Shown here in pieces: positions 9,362 to 19,146 of a stretch of 64,000 nt of DNA. This stretch comes from a virus. Each line of letters starts with the position of its first letter. The stretch's first letter is position 1. The notes beneath the pieces are model-generated. The model made no database searches. It was given only the letters and a program-made list of their open reading frames with translations, and had not been told where the DNA came from. Made by a program: the position numbers and the translations under genes. Location of the stretch: the IMG/VR virus record IMGVR_UViG_3300020160_001966, positions 32,001-96,000 of that record; one strand, 5' to 3'.

Positions 9362-10516
9362 ATGGATGATGAGAATAAATTCATAAAATTTATTATAAGA
9401 AAAGGTGCTGAAGTTAACAGGGATGATGTGGTATACGATGAAGCCGAACCCGTTTATGTAACTGATTATAAAAGATTGTTTATAGGAGACGGAATAACAC
9501 CTGGCGGTGTTTTAACATCAAATAAATTTTTAGGTTTTGCCAATTTTAATTTAATAACTAACCAGTCTGGAGTTATATCGGCGTATAAAGGAGATTATGT
9601 TTACGATAATACTACCAACAATTTATACGCATTGAGTGGAACAATTCCTTCGAATATATTGTCTTATGCTAGAATAACTAGAAATTTTGTAGCAGATAAT
9701 ATCACAACCACATTAACAGAAAGTAGTGCTTTTTCTGTTAAAAAGTTAAGTTTAGACGCTCAATATTTACAAGATTCTTCTATAGGTAGAGGTTTAGAGA
9801 AATATTCTAGTACAGAAATAAGATTAGCCAACCCCTCACAAGAATTATATTTCGATCTAGCCAATAAATTAGCCATAAGTCCAAATGGTATTTCTAATGA
9901 TATGTTAGAAATTATCCAAGGTAATCATATTAAAGGTAATCTTGGAGTGACTGGTAATGTTGAAGATATTCCTTTACAAGACTTGGCTAATGTATTGGCA
10001 CCATTATTAGCAAATTCATCTGGTCAAACTTTAGGGGTACCTGTGGGTACGGTCATAGACTATGCTGGACCAACTCCACCCGAAGGTTATCTTTTCTGTA
10101 ATGGTCAAACTTTATCAGCATCAGAGTATCCCGAATTGTACAATTCTATAGAAAATTACTGGGGAGGTACATATCCTTTATTCAATTTACCAGATTTTAG
10201 AAGAAGAGTATCTGTAGGATCTGGTGGTACATCTACGACAAATTTAGAAAATGCTTTAGGTAGTGTTGGTGGATCAGAAACAGTTATTCTGGAAAAAGAT
10301 GATATACCATCACACATTCACACTTATCAAGGATTTTCCGAAGAGAATGGTAATTACTACATACAAAAATTCGAAAATCCTGATGGTAATTTTTCATTTA
10401 AAGATATTCCAAGTGGAGATGGTTCCATTAACGGTTTAAACATTGGACCTTTGGGAAGACCCGCTAATATTATCCAACCTAGTGTTGTTGTAACAAAATG
10501 TATAAAAGCTTTTTAA
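9362..10516 (+). CDS. Tail fibre/baseplate protein with an Mtd-like N-terminus and a phage tail collar domain
   Basis: IIRKG...EPVYVTDYKRLFIGDG.TPGG at the N-terminus; PVGTVIDYAGPTPPEGYLFCNGQ...YPELY...FNLPDFRRR is the collar domain. Confidence 0.8.
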   Translation: MDDENKFIKFIIRKGAEVNRDDVVYDEAEPVYVTDYKRLFIGDGITPGGVLTSNKFLGFANFNLITNQSGVISAYKGDYVYDNTTNNLYALSGTIPSNILSYARITRNFVADNITTTLTESSAFSVKKLSLDAQYLQDSSIGRGLEKYSSTEIRLANPSQELYFDLANKLAISPNGISNDMLEIIQGNHIKGNLGVTGNVEDIPLQDLANVLAPLLANSSGQTLGVPVGTVIDYAGPTPPEGYLFCNGQTLSASEYPELYNSIENYWGGTYPLFNLPDFRRRVSVGSGGTSTTNLENALGSVGGSETVILEKDDIPSHIHTYQGFSEENGNYYIQKFENPDGNFSFKDIPSGDGSINGLNIGPLGRPANIIQPSVVVTKCIKAF

Positions 10517-10755
10517 TGAAATTTGATGATGAAATATTGAGAATAATAGAAGCCTTCAATATATACCCAAGATCTAAAAACGTTCAAGGATTGCAAGCTC
10601 CTGTACCTTCAACTAATATTAACACTGTAGGTTCATTACCAGTAGGTTTTAAAGGTTCTGGACCAGCTGGTATAGCACCGTCCAGCATGTCAACAATTTT
10701 AATAAAAAAACCAAAGAAGAAAAAAATTAAAAAGAAGAAAGATTCTTCTCTTTAA
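10516..10755 (+). CDS. Small basic protein with a CTS-like leader
   Basis: TAATG coupling to the collar gene; MKFDDEILRIIE; Lys-rich tail. Confidence 0.55.
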   Translation: MKFDDEILRIIEAFNIYPRSKNVQGLQAPVPSTNINTVGSLPVGFKGSGPAGIAPSSMSTILIKKPKKKKIKKKKDSSL

Positions 10756-11110
10756 TTTCATTAGAAGCTATTTCCAACATGGATTTTAAATCTGGATTAT
10801 CCATCATTTGAATAATATTTTCGTAAGGATTAACGCCTTTATTATCTTTATCCACTTTAGATAGGTTGTATATATCTTCTAAAATTTGATTGATTTGATC
10901 CTTTAATCTGGAAAATGTCGTTATACCCTTATAACTCTGTTTTAATTTATCAAATTCTTCCTCTTCTTCGGATTTAACAGGTAGTGGGAAATTTGAACCT
11001 CCAGCCATAAAATCTCCAGAAAATTTAGAATTGTTATCCACTGCACTATTATTGGCATCGTTTTCTTTTAAAATCCAATTATCTATAGATGGTTGCCAAA
11101 AGTTTCTCAT
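10727..11110 (-). CDS. Hypothetical late protein (CTS-like ILKE)
   Basis: ACTAAATA 5 nt before the ATG; MRNFWQPSIDNWILKE. Confidence 0.55.
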   Translation of the reverse strand: MRNFWQPSIDNWILKENDANNSAVDNNSKFSGDFMAGGSNFPLPVKSEEEEEFDKLKQSYKGITTFSRLKDQINQILEDIYNLSKVDKDNKGVNPYENIIQMMDNPDLKSMLEIASNEIKEKNLSSF

Positions 11111-11133
11111 ATATTTATTTAGTTTTTAATGTA

Positions 11134-12849
11134 TCAACGACTAACTTCTTCCCAATCCATAGAAGCGAAAATTTCGGAACCATTCGCAGTACGCGCAGCG
11201 GCAACCAAAGTTAATTCAAAAGGAGTATTTGTTAGTTTATTTCGTTCTAATTGAAATTTAAACAAAGCTTCTTTGAGAATATCCAAATTCGGAGAACCTT
11301 GATTCGAAGCATTTAAAAATCCACTAGCCAATATTCTACCACCAGCGTAACTAGTTCCACTTATATTATATTCCACAGCACTATCAATTCCTGAATTTAT
11401 CCAAGATCCTCCTGATGTAACTCCGCTTGCTCTAACTTGCCAGTTGTAATCAATTCCATTCCCTCCCGCAAGAATTGATAAAGCCGTTAAAATAACAATC
11501 GCATCCAATCTATCTGGAGAATCTTTTAATCGAATTGAAATAATTGGATAAAACGTACCAGCTACTGCGAAAGTTCTTGGTGTAGTTATTGGAATCGAGA
11601 CTGCTTGTTGTAAGCCTCCTAATTCATAACCGCCTTCGGAAATTACGGTAGAACATATTTGTTTTAGTGTTTTAGATCCACCTGTTGTAGCTGCTTTATT
11701 AGTAATCTCATATCTTAAAGGTAAAGAAGCTGTAGTAATATAAGTTGAATCTATAATATTAGCATGATGGAATGAGTGGCAAACAATAAACTGTCCATTA
11801 ACACAAAAACCAACTCTTACTGTTCCTACGCCCAACCATTCGATATCCATCCAAAGAATTTGTGCTTTGGATGGATCTAAAATTATACCAGAAGAACCAG
11901 TTCCATCTAGCTTATCGCCATTCCAATTGGATCGAGAAACTACACTCTCTACAATGGAACCTGTGACGAGTGATCTTTTGACTATACTAATATTATCATC
12001 ATCTAACTGAAAGTATATTCCATTCTGATCTCCAAAATATCCCACCCTCTGTCTTAAATTGGTAGCAGAAGAAGCCATGACAAATGTATTCATGACAAGC
12101 AAGGACTTGCCAGGTTGATAGGAGAATACTTTTGTTGTTTCTCTTATCGCACTTGCTCCTGTTGTATTAGTAACATTCAAGTCCATCAATCCCTGTGATT
12201 GATTGAATGAAACTGAACCTCCATTCGCGGATAGCGTAGACCATAAATTATTATCCCTGTAACGATGTGAAGAATCAAAAAGTGTTAAAGGATTTGAAAC
12301 TCGCATTCTATTGAATGCATCAAAATTAGGGGAATCGGCAAATGTTATTGGAAATCCTTTTGTTGTATCTACTGTAGCTACTATATTTCCAGAAACTGGA
12401 ATAGTTCTTGAAGCATGAATTGTAAAATCTGTCGTAGATAATGTTCTAAAATTTGAATTTAATTTTAATAATTCACGATAAGTATCATCACAAGCAGATG
12501 CTGTATCAAAAGTGTTACTTTCTAAATCATCTGTGTAAGTTTGGATATAAAATATTTGAGATGATATGGCGTTTAGTAGGGTTTCAACTCTTTGATTGCT
12601 AACCGTAATGTTATTTGCGCTTAAAGATATTTTTATATCCTCTGGATTTACTAAATGCGTTAAAACGGCATATTTCGAATATACATCCACTGATGAAAGT
12701 GGTTTTAGTGCTGAGTTTTGTGGAAATGCATTGCTAGTATCTGGATAGGAGAAACGTGTGACAGAAATTGGGGGAAAAGTGGTATTTTCTCCCAGTTCTA
12801 AGAATTTTCCTTGCTCTGCTGTTTGATAAGATGTGATATAATTAGCCAC
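11134..12849 (-). CDS. Probable virion structural protein (beta-rich)
   Basis: DAFNRMRVSNPLTLFDS...YQPGKS...WMDIEWLGVG domain, recognisable from aquatic T4-like phage structural proteins. Perfect TATAAATA 6 nt before the GTG. Confidence 0.7.
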   Translation of the reverse strand: MANYITSYQTAEQGKFLELGENTTFPPISVTRFSYPDTSNAFPQNSALKPLSSVDVYSKYAVLTHLVNPEDIKISLSANNITVSNQRVETLLNAISSQIFYIQTYTDDLESNTFDTASACDDTYRELLKLNSNFRTLSTTDFTIHASRTIPVSGNIVATVDTTKGFPITFADSPNFDAFNRMRVSNPLTLFDSSHRYRDNNLWSTLSANGGSVSFNQSQGLMDLNVTNTTGASAIRETTKVFSYQPGKSLLVMNTFVMASSATNLRQRVGYFGDQNGIYFQLDDDNISIVKRSLVTGSIVESVVSRSNWNGDKLDGTGSSGIILDPSKAQILWMDIEWLGVGTVRVGFCVNGQFIVCHSFHHANIIDSTYITTASLPLRYEITNKAATTGGSKTLKQICSTVISEGGYELGGLQQAVSIPITTPRTFAVAGTFYPIISIRLKDSPDRLDAIVILTALSILAGGNGIDYNWQVRASGVTSGGSWINSGIDSAVEYNISGTSYAGGRILASGFLNASNQGSPNLDILKEALFKFQLERNKLTNTPFELTLVAAARTANGSEIFASMDWEEVSR

Positions 12850-12854
12850 TTATA

Positions 12855-13025
12855 TTATTTATATCTTCTAGGCGAACCAAGTTTCTTTCTTTTCGATAAT
12901 TTCTCTTCTACAATTTCGCTTAATATTTTTTTATCTTTTTTCGATATAAAATTAACTATTTTATTAAAATTTAAATATATGATAAAAATAAACGATATTG
13001 AAATTAAACATATAACAAATTCCAT
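12855..13025 (-). CDS. 56-aa protein with a single N-terminal TM and a basic tail (not in the ORF track)
   Basis: Hand translation: MEFVICLISISFIFIIYLNFNKIVNFISKKDKKILSEIVEEKLSKRKKLGSPRRYK; divergent from the lysis cassette. Confidence 0.5.
   Translation of the reverse strand: MEFVICLISISFIFIIYLNFNKIVNFISKKDKKILSEIVEEKLSKRKKLGSPRRYK
12856..12863 (-). promoter_or_regulatory. T4-type late promoter TATAAATA
   Basis: Exact T4 gp55 consensus, 6 nt before the GTG at 12849. Confidence 0.75.
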
Positions 13026-13027
13026 AT

Positions 13028-13035
13028 GTTAAATA
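13028..13035 (+). promoter_or_regulatory. Late-promoter variant GTTAAATA driving the lysis cassette
   Basis: 5 nt before the ATG at 13041. Confidence 0.6.
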
Positions 13036-13040
13036 GTTAT

Positions 13041-13628
13041 ATGAACTATATTCTAATTTCAATATTATCTCTATTGATGGTTTCTTGCACGACCACAAAA
13101 TATGTTGAAAAGCAATCGGAAGAATTGAGTAGATCGGTTTATGCTGTTAAAGACTCTTTAGGCTCCGCTCGTTTTGATCTTGCGGAGAAATATTCTAATG
13201 AAAGTACTAGACTGGTAGCTCCCCCAAAACACAGAATAAAAATAGAATCAATCGTAAAAACCAATAGTAATAATCAAACTGAAAGAGTTGCTCTTTTACC
13301 ACAATCCAATAAAAAAGATAAAGTAATTCTAGCCGAATCTCCAGAATATCTCGATTTGTTAAAGGATGAAAGAGTTTTAAATCAATTAAAAATAGATAAT
13401 GACAATTTAAATTTATATTCTAAAGAAGTTGACAAACAATTAACAGAACAATATAAAATACAAAATGACATGGTTGTGAAAATACAAGATTTGGAAAAAC
13501 AAATTCTTCAAAAAGATAAAAAACTTTTGCAAAAGGATTTAGCAATTCTTTGGAGAAACATAACAATAATATCTTTAATAGGTGTTATGGGAGTTGGTGT
13601 ATATCTCAGAATAAAAGGAATTTTATGA
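13041..13628 (+). CDS. Candidate unimolecular spanin (lipoprotein signal, coiled coil, C-terminal TM)
   Basis: MNYILISILSLLMVS-C lipobox-like signal, a heptad-rich middle region, and C-terminal TM ITIISLIGVMGVGVYL; first gene of the holin/endolysin cassette. Confidence 0.6.
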   Translation: MNYILISILSLLMVSCTTTKYVEKQSEELSRSVYAVKDSLGSARFDLAEKYSNESTRLVAPPKHRIKIESIVKTNSNNQTERVALLPQSNKKDKVILAESPEYLDLLKDERVLNQLKIDNDNLNLYSKEVDKQLTEQYKIQNDMVVKIQDLEKQILQKDKKLLQKDLAILWRNITIISLIGVMGVGVYLRIKGIL

Positions 13629-13732
13629 ATATAATAATGTCGATAAAAAAATGGTGTGACGATAATCCTATAAAATCAATATTTATATGTGGTTTTCTAG
13701 TTGGTTTTATATTTGGGGGTATTTTATTATAA
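13625..13732 (+). CDS. 35-aa single-TM peptide within the lysis cassette
   Basis: MNIIMSIKKWCDDNPIKSIFICGFLVGFIFGGILL; ATGA overlap upstream and TAATG overlap downstream. Confidence 0.55.
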   Translation: MNIIMSIKKWCDDNPIKSIFICGFLVGFIFGGILL

Positions 13733-14169
13733 TGTGGGATAAGATTGTAAATATAGCAAAAACAGCAAGTTCTATGTTGCATAGCGGAGAAGTTCCACCA
13801 AACACTCCAGCTAGATACAAAGAGGATTTGAGTAAGGTGAATTTTTTAGCATCTAAAAAATTCTATGTTGTTTTTTGTTCTGTTATAATTTTGGCATTTT
13901 TTTATATTGGTAGTATTTTTGTTTTATTTTTAACTGCTGCTAGTCCAGCATTAACTCTACCATTTGTTTCTATTTTTACAGAAACAATTAAAATTTTAGC
14001 GGTTATAATAGCTAGTTATCTAGGTGTTCAAACTGTTTTAGATTATAGAATGCAGTCTAATTCTTTGATTGATTTAAAAGGTGAACAAAAATTTATTAAA
14101 GAAGAAATTCGTGTAGAAGAATATCTATCTGGACATAAAGAAGATGACTATAAATTAGAAATTGATTAA
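13732..14169 (+). CDS. Probable holin
   Basis: Two TM segments after 'LASKKF' and a charged C-tail; directly upstream of the endolysin. Start refined to the coupled ATG at 13732. Confidence 0.6.
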   Translation: MWDKIVNIAKTASSMLHSGEVPPNTPARYKEDLSKVNFLASKKFYVVFCSVIILAFFYIGSIFVLFLTAASPALTLPFVSIFTETIKILAVIIASYLGVQTVLDYRMQSNSLIDLKGEQKFIKEEIRVEEYLSGHKEDDYKLEID

Positions 14170-14171
14170 TT

Positions 14172-14786
14172 ATGGGAAAAGAGAAAACATTTTTAGATTA
14201 TGATTGGACTCCTGTTATAGCTTTTGAAAGTGGTGGCGAAAAGTATTACAATAAATTCTTAAAAAAAATGACTTGGCCAAGGGGGGCTTCAGGAATAACT
14301 ATGGGAATAGGTGCAGATCTTGGATATATGAGTGAAAAGGAATTTGATACTTATTTTTCAAAATATTTCACTGATGATGAAAATAAAAAATTAAAATCAA
14401 CAATAGGATTAAAAGGTGAATTAGCTAAAAACGCATTACATAAAGTTCAAAATATAGAGCTTTCTTGGGAAAATGCTTCAGAGGCATTTGTTGATTGGAC
14501 GTTACCCAAATTTTGGAATTTGACCAATGCTCTATGGTCAAAAATGGATGAATTGTGTGAAAATGCTCAAATCGGATTAGTAAGTATTGTGTTTAACAGG
14601 GGAGCATCAACTAAAGGATTTTCTAGAACAGAAATGCTAAACATAAAACCATTGGTATTAAAAAAAGATTACAAAGGAATAGCTAAAGAGATACGTTCCA
14701 TGAAAAGGCTTTGGGAGGGTAAAAATATGGATGGTCTTATAAAAAGAAGAGAAGAGGAAGCGAGAATGGTAGAAAGTTGCATTTAA
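14172..14786 (+). CDS. Endolysin, pesticin/T4-lysozyme-like muramidase
   Basis: FE-SGG...ASGITMGIGADLG (pesticin-like), LVSIVFNRG, and C-terminal GLIKRREEEA. Confidence 0.8.
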   Translation: MGKEKTFLDYDWTPVIAFESGGEKYYNKFLKKMTWPRGASGITMGIGADLGYMSEKEFDTYFSKYFTDDENKKLKSTIGLKGELAKNALHKVQNIELSWENASEAFVDWTLPKFWNLTNALWSKMDELCENAQIGLVSIVFNRGASTKGFSRTEMLNIKPLVLKKDYKGIAKEIRSMKRLWEGKNMDGLIKRREEEARMVESCI

Positions 14787-15322
14787 TCGACAACTATGCA
14801 ATACGTGGGGCATCCATCCTCTGTTAAAAAATCTATTTTTAAATTTTTATCTCTGCAAAATTCATCGACAGCATTAACTACGCTTTGAAATATATTTTTA
14901 GAATAATCGTGACCACATATATGTTTACCTTTTTTAATTTTTCTATAAGAAACTTCTAAGTCTTTTTTGACACCCTCATAACTATGATCTCCATCAATAT
15001 AAATCAAATCAAAATATCCGTCTGGAAAATTATTTAATACATTAAAACTACATCCCTTATGTAGATGAATAATGCTGTTATTATCGTATTCGTTTTTAAG
15101 TTTTAAATATTCATCGTTCAAATTTGTCCATACGACATTATTTCCATCTTTATCACCAGAACACATTTCACCATCGAAAATATCTATTAAATGTAATTCT
15201 TTGGGTTCCATTTTCTCATATATTATTTTTGAAAAATCTCCTTTAAAAACTCCAATTTCAGCTACAATTATATTTTTAGGCAATATATCTAAAAGATCGT
15301 TTCGCGTTTTTAATATTTTCAT
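14783..15322 (-). CDS. Class I SAM methyltransferase (Methyltransf_24-like)
   Basis: AEIGVFKGDFS, FDLIYIDGDHSYEGVKKD, ICGHDY. Confidence 0.85.
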   Translation of the reverse strand: MKILKTRNDLLDILPKNIIVAEIGVFKGDFSKIIYEKMEPKELHLIDIFDGEMCSGDKDGNNVVWTNLNDEYLKLKNEYDNNSIIHLHKGCSFNVLNNFPDGYFDLIYIDGDHSYEGVKKDLEVSYRKIKKGKHICGHDYSKNIFQSVVNAVDEFCRDKNLKIDFLTEDGCPTYCIVVD

Positions 15323-15963
15323 TTTTTTATAATTTTAATTCCAGTATAATCTATCTTTTCAATAGAAATATTAACATTTTCAAAATATTCATCAAATGCT
15401 TTTTTCGAACCTTGCCAATGACCATAATCATCGACAATTAAAACTCCATCATTTTTTAATTTAGGATATAACACATCTAACTCTTTTTTTGTGGATTTAT
15501 ACCAATCAGTATCTAATCGTAATAAACTTATATCTTTTGGAATATTTTTATCACAATTTAATGTTTCAACTATATCACCAACAATATAATGCACATTATC
15601 TACAGGAAATGTTGATTTGGATAAATTGTTTTTCACATCATTCAAATCAGCATATGCTTTCACAAGTGGCAAATTCATGATATCAATCGCTTTTCTACCA
15701 TCACAATCAATATCAGCATCTTCTGGTTCAGTCATTCCTTCAAATGTGTCATACAGCCAAACGTGTCTATTAAACATTTTGTGATGATTCAAATATTCCA
15801 TTATTCCTAAAATATTACCACCTCTCCATACCCCACATTCAACAAAATCGCCATCTATATTTTGCAATCTAACATATTCTAAAGAATCGAATAAAGATCT
15901 TATTCTTTCCAAAGAAGTCATTGTATATGGGTGTACTATTTCTATAAAATCGTTTATATTCAT
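15319..15963 (-). CDS. TylF/MycF (macrocin) sugar O-methyltransferase
   Basis: GDFVECGVWRGG, YDTFEGM, LLRLDTDWYKST, VDDYGHWQG. Confidence 0.92.
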   Translation of the reverse strand: MNINDFIEIVHPYTMTSLERIRSLFDSLEYVRLQNIDGDFVECGVWRGGNILGIMEYLNHHKMFNRHVWLYDTFEGMTEPEDADIDCDGRKAIDIMNLPLVKAYADLNDVKNNLSKSTFPVDNVHYIVGDIVETLNCDKNIPKDISLLRLDTDWYKSTKKELDVLYPKLKNDGVLIVDDYGHWQGSKKAFDEYFENVNISIEKIDYTGIKIIKK

Positions 15964-16691
15964 AAATTATTATCGTTTTTAAAACTTATCATTTTTTCAA
16001 TTTTTTTATGATAATTTCCAGAATCTGTCGTGAAATGTATCGCGGTGCCGTTAAAATTATTCATATGATAACCTTTAGCTGTCACTTCATCGCTAAAAGA
16101 ATCGTTGTATAAATCTTTTCTATATAAAAACACATTCAAATAAGGTTGTTCCAAACAATTATTGCCCTTATCCATATTATTTAACATATATTCTTCAATA
16201 TCTCTAAACACATCCACCATATTGTTATTGAAACCAAAAATACCAGCATTCATGCCATATATATTTTTTTTAAAAATATCATCCCTTTCATAATCATTTA
16301 TAAGATTACCGCCCCACAATTCATGTGACATCAAATCCGTTTCTTTACACAAATATATTTTATTTTCTCTTATTTTATCAAATAAAATGTCAGGATTTTT
16401 CAAAAAAAGAATATCCGAATCACAAAATAATATTTTGTTGAAATCTTTTATTTTTTCAAACTGATATATTTTGAATTTATTAGCACTAGATTGAAATAGA
16501 TTTTCATTTTTTGAAAAAATAAAATAAGGTTTTTTTTGAAATTCAATCTTTTCCAATATTTCATTTTCAAATTCACTTATAAACAAAAAATCACCATCAT
16601 AACCATTCTTATACAAACTTTCTATGCATAATTTCGTTAAATTTAAATACTCTATATTGTATCCTAAAGTAAAATATATTAATCTAGACAT
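15960..16691 (-). CDS. GT-A glycosyltransferase (GT8-like)
   Basis: KILFCDSDILF (DxD), MNAGIFGF, LEQPYLN, AIHF. Confidence 0.75.
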   Translation of the reverse strand: MSRLIYFTLGYNIEYLNLTKLCIESLYKNGYDGDFLFISEFENEILEKIEFQKKPYFIFSKNENLFQSSANKFKIYQFEKIKDFNKILFCDSDILFLKNPDILFDKIRENKIYLCKETDLMSHELWGGNLINDYERDDIFKKNIYGMNAGIFGFNNNMVDVFRDIEEYMLNNMDKGNNCLEQPYLNVFLYRKDLYNDSFSDEVTAKGYHMNNFNGTAIHFTTDSGNYHKKIEKMISFKNDNNL

Positions 16692-16700
16692 CGACCTAAA

Positions 16701-16757
16701 AATTTAATAAGATAATAACAATAATCAAGTTGATATTTGATCGAAAAAAGATAAAAT
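16701..16757. promoter_or_regulatory. Back-to-back sigma70-type promoters: TTGATT-N16-TAAATT (-) and TTGATA-N16-TAAAAT (+)
   Basis: The -35 boxes form ATCAA-G-TTGAT. The + promoter -10 is 6 nt before the GTG at 16764; the - promoter -10 is 9 nt before the ATG at 16691. Confidence 0.6.
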
Positions 16758-16763
16758 ATTATT

Positions 16764-17561
16764 GTGAAAATATGCATAGGTTTTAATCTGCACCATCCTT
16801 TAAATGAAAGAGTTTTAATTTCACAAAAAAGTCTATTGAGACTTAAAGAAAAATTTAATATAGAGTTGGTAAATTTAGATTTTAAGAATAGCGATAAAGT
16901 CAATGATAGTGATGATTTTAAAAATTTATATGTCTTGAAAGAGCATAGTAGTTTTTATACAAATGGTAGCAGTAGAGATTTACCAATGATCCATGATATG
17001 TTTAATTGTTTAAGTGATTACTCAGATGAAAATGGTATAGACATGTTTATATTTGTAAATTCGGACATAATAATATCCGATAGATTCATAAAACATATAT
17101 TAAGCACGAATTTCGACACTTATTGTGCTGCCAGATTAGCTATAGGAAATATTGACTCTTTAGACGAGCAGCCTAAAGAAATTTCACATTATCAAGTTGC
17201 TGGATTTGATGCATATGCTGTAAAAACAAAGTGGTGGAAAGAAAATGGACATAAATTTCCAAAATACATTTATGCTATCAGTGGTTGGGATGTTGATTAT
17301 GCCACTAAGATGAAACGATACGGTAATTGCGATTTTTGTAACAAATGGCCAGCGATGACTTTTCATATAATGCATGAAGAAATATCATCGAAAGATTCTC
17401 CAGAATTAATTTATAATAAAAATCTTTTATGGAATATAAACAAAGAAGATTGTGATATTTGGCATAATTATCTTTACAACGTTTTATTAAAAAGAAAAGG
17501 TGGTAATTATTGGCATCCTTTCGACAATGAAGTTGAATTAGAAAGAATTTATTTTAAATGA
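16764..17561 (+). CDS. Probable GT-A-fold glycosyltransferase
   Basis: FIFVNSDIIIS (NSD variant of DxD), AGFDAY, GWDVDY, FHIMHE; first gene of a coupled GT operon. Confidence 0.55.
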   Translation: MKICIGFNLHHPLNERVLISQKSLLRLKEKFNIELVNLDFKNSDKVNDSDDFKNLYVLKEHSSFYTNGSSRDLPMIHDMFNCLSDYSDENGIDMFIFVNSDIIISDRFIKHILSTNFDTYCAARLAIGNIDSLDEQPKEISHYQVAGFDAYAVKTKWWKENGHKFPKYIYAISGWDVDYATKMKRYGNCDFCNKWPAMTFHIMHEEISSKDSPELIYNKNLLWNINKEDCDIWHNYLYNVLLKRKGGNYWHPFDNEVELERIYFK

Positions 17562-18469
17562 AATATTACGTCGATAAAAATTATTTGAAATTGGAAGATT
17601 TGGAATTGGTTACAGAATTATTATTTTCTTATCAACTTTTATCAAATGATGCTAAAAATTACATAAACAATAATCGTTTTTGGGAGTCTGGTATATTTTA
17701 TAATTTAAATACGGTAGAATATTCAAACGAAAATGAATGTGATTATTTCGCATTACCTTTCAAATTCAAAAGTTCAAAAGAAGACAGATTTTTAAAAGTT
17801 TTACACAAAGCTAAAGAATTTAATAAAAAATTAATATGTTTGAATAACGATGATTTTGGTGGTGATTACGAAATACCTAGCGATATAATTCTCTTTAGAA
17901 CATCTTTCGATTATAAATCTAAAATGGAAAATGAATACGCTTTTCCAGTTTTTATACCAGATATAATAAAAAACTCTAAAGGATATTCGAATAATTTATC
18001 TATAGGTTTTTGTGGAGATAGTAATAGGCCAGTTAGAAAAGAAGCTTTATTTGAACTCAAAAAAGGAAATATTCCATTGAATCATGATGAAGTGTTTTCT
18101 TTTTTTCAAAACCCAATAATTGATAAAAAAATTGGCAGGGAAAGATTTTTTAAAAATTTAGAGAATAACATTTTTGTATTATGCCCAAGAGGTTGTGGAA
18201 ATTTTTCATATAGATTTTACGAGACAATGTGTTATGGTAGAATACCGATTTTCATAAACACTGATTGTGTTTTACCTTTTGAAAACTTAATAGATTATAA
18301 AAAAGAAATAGTTTTTGTCGAAGAGAGTGAGTTGACAAACATAAACGATATAATTAAAGAATATTGTGACAAAAAAGATTTAATATTACAACAAAAAAAG
18401 TGTAGAGAAATATGGGAAAATTACCTATCACCTAATGGTTTTTTAAAAAATATAGAAAATATATTATGA
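17558..18469 (+). CDS. Exostosin-family (GT47) glycosyltransferase
   Basis: IGFCG...FVLCPRGCGNFSYRFYETMCYGRIPIFI. Confidence 0.85.
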   Translation: MKYYVDKNYLKLEDLELVTELLFSYQLLSNDAKNYINNNRFWESGIFYNLNTVEYSNENECDYFALPFKFKSSKEDRFLKVLHKAKEFNKKLICLNNDDFGGDYEIPSDIILFRTSFDYKSKMENEYAFPVFIPDIIKNSKGYSNNLSIGFCGDSNRPVRKEALFELKKGNIPLNHDEVFSFFQNPIIDKKIGRERFFKNLENNIFVLCPRGCGNFSYRFYETMCYGRIPIFINTDCVLPFENLIDYKKEIVFVEESELTNINDIIKEYCDKKDLILQQKKCREIWENYLSPNGFLKNIENIL

Positions 18470-19146
18470 AAATTTATACAACCTTTTCATCTTCTCATAA
18501 AATTCTTTTTGATGAGTACTTTTTACCGTCATATAAGAAAGCGAACGCTAATAAACAATTTTCCCTATATGTTTCAGAAATGGAGCAGATAAGCAAAAAC
18601 GGTTCTTACAGCACCTATGGATTTAGAGAATCGACTTCAGATAAATTGAAGGTTATTATAAAGGCAATATCGGATAATATGGGGGAATGGATAATATTTT
18701 CAGATCCAGATATTCAATTTTTTGAAGGTTTTGCGGATGATGTTTTAAAATATTCTGATAAAAATGTAGATATATATTGTCAATGTGATACTCCAAAATG
18801 TCCAGAAAATGTCATAATGTGTACTGGGTTTATGATTATAAATTGCAATGAGCAAATTAAAAAAACATTCGAATCATCTTTAACATACATTAACAGTTTC
18901 GAGCATGATCAATATGCTTTTAATTATTTCGCAAGAGATAATAAAATTAAGTTTAAGACTTTACCAGAAGACAAATATTATACCATAGCATATAACACAG
19001 GAAATGCTGTTTGGAATGGTGAGACGTATAATAACATTCCTAAAAATATTCTAATGCATCATGCTAACTGGACTGCTGGTATAGAAAATAAAATAAAACT
19101 TTTAAAATATATTAAAGATGAAATTACAGGAAAAGTTACTATTTGA
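18466..19146 (+). CDS. Nucleotide-diphospho-sugar transferase (GT77-like)
   Basis: IIFSDPDIQFF, MCTGFMII, HDQYAFN, MHHANWTAGIENKIKLL. Confidence 0.8.
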   Translation: MKIYTTFSSSHKILFDEYFLPSYKKANANKQFSLYVSEMEQISKNGSYSTYGFRESTSDKLKVIIKAISDNMGEWIIFSDPDIQFFEGFADDVLKYSDKNVDIYCQCDTPKCPENVIMCTGFMIINCNEQIKKTFESSLTYINSFEHDQYAFNYFARDNKIKFKTLPEDKYYTIAYNTGNAVWNGETYNNIPKNILMHHANWTAGIENKIKLLKYIKDEITGKVTI

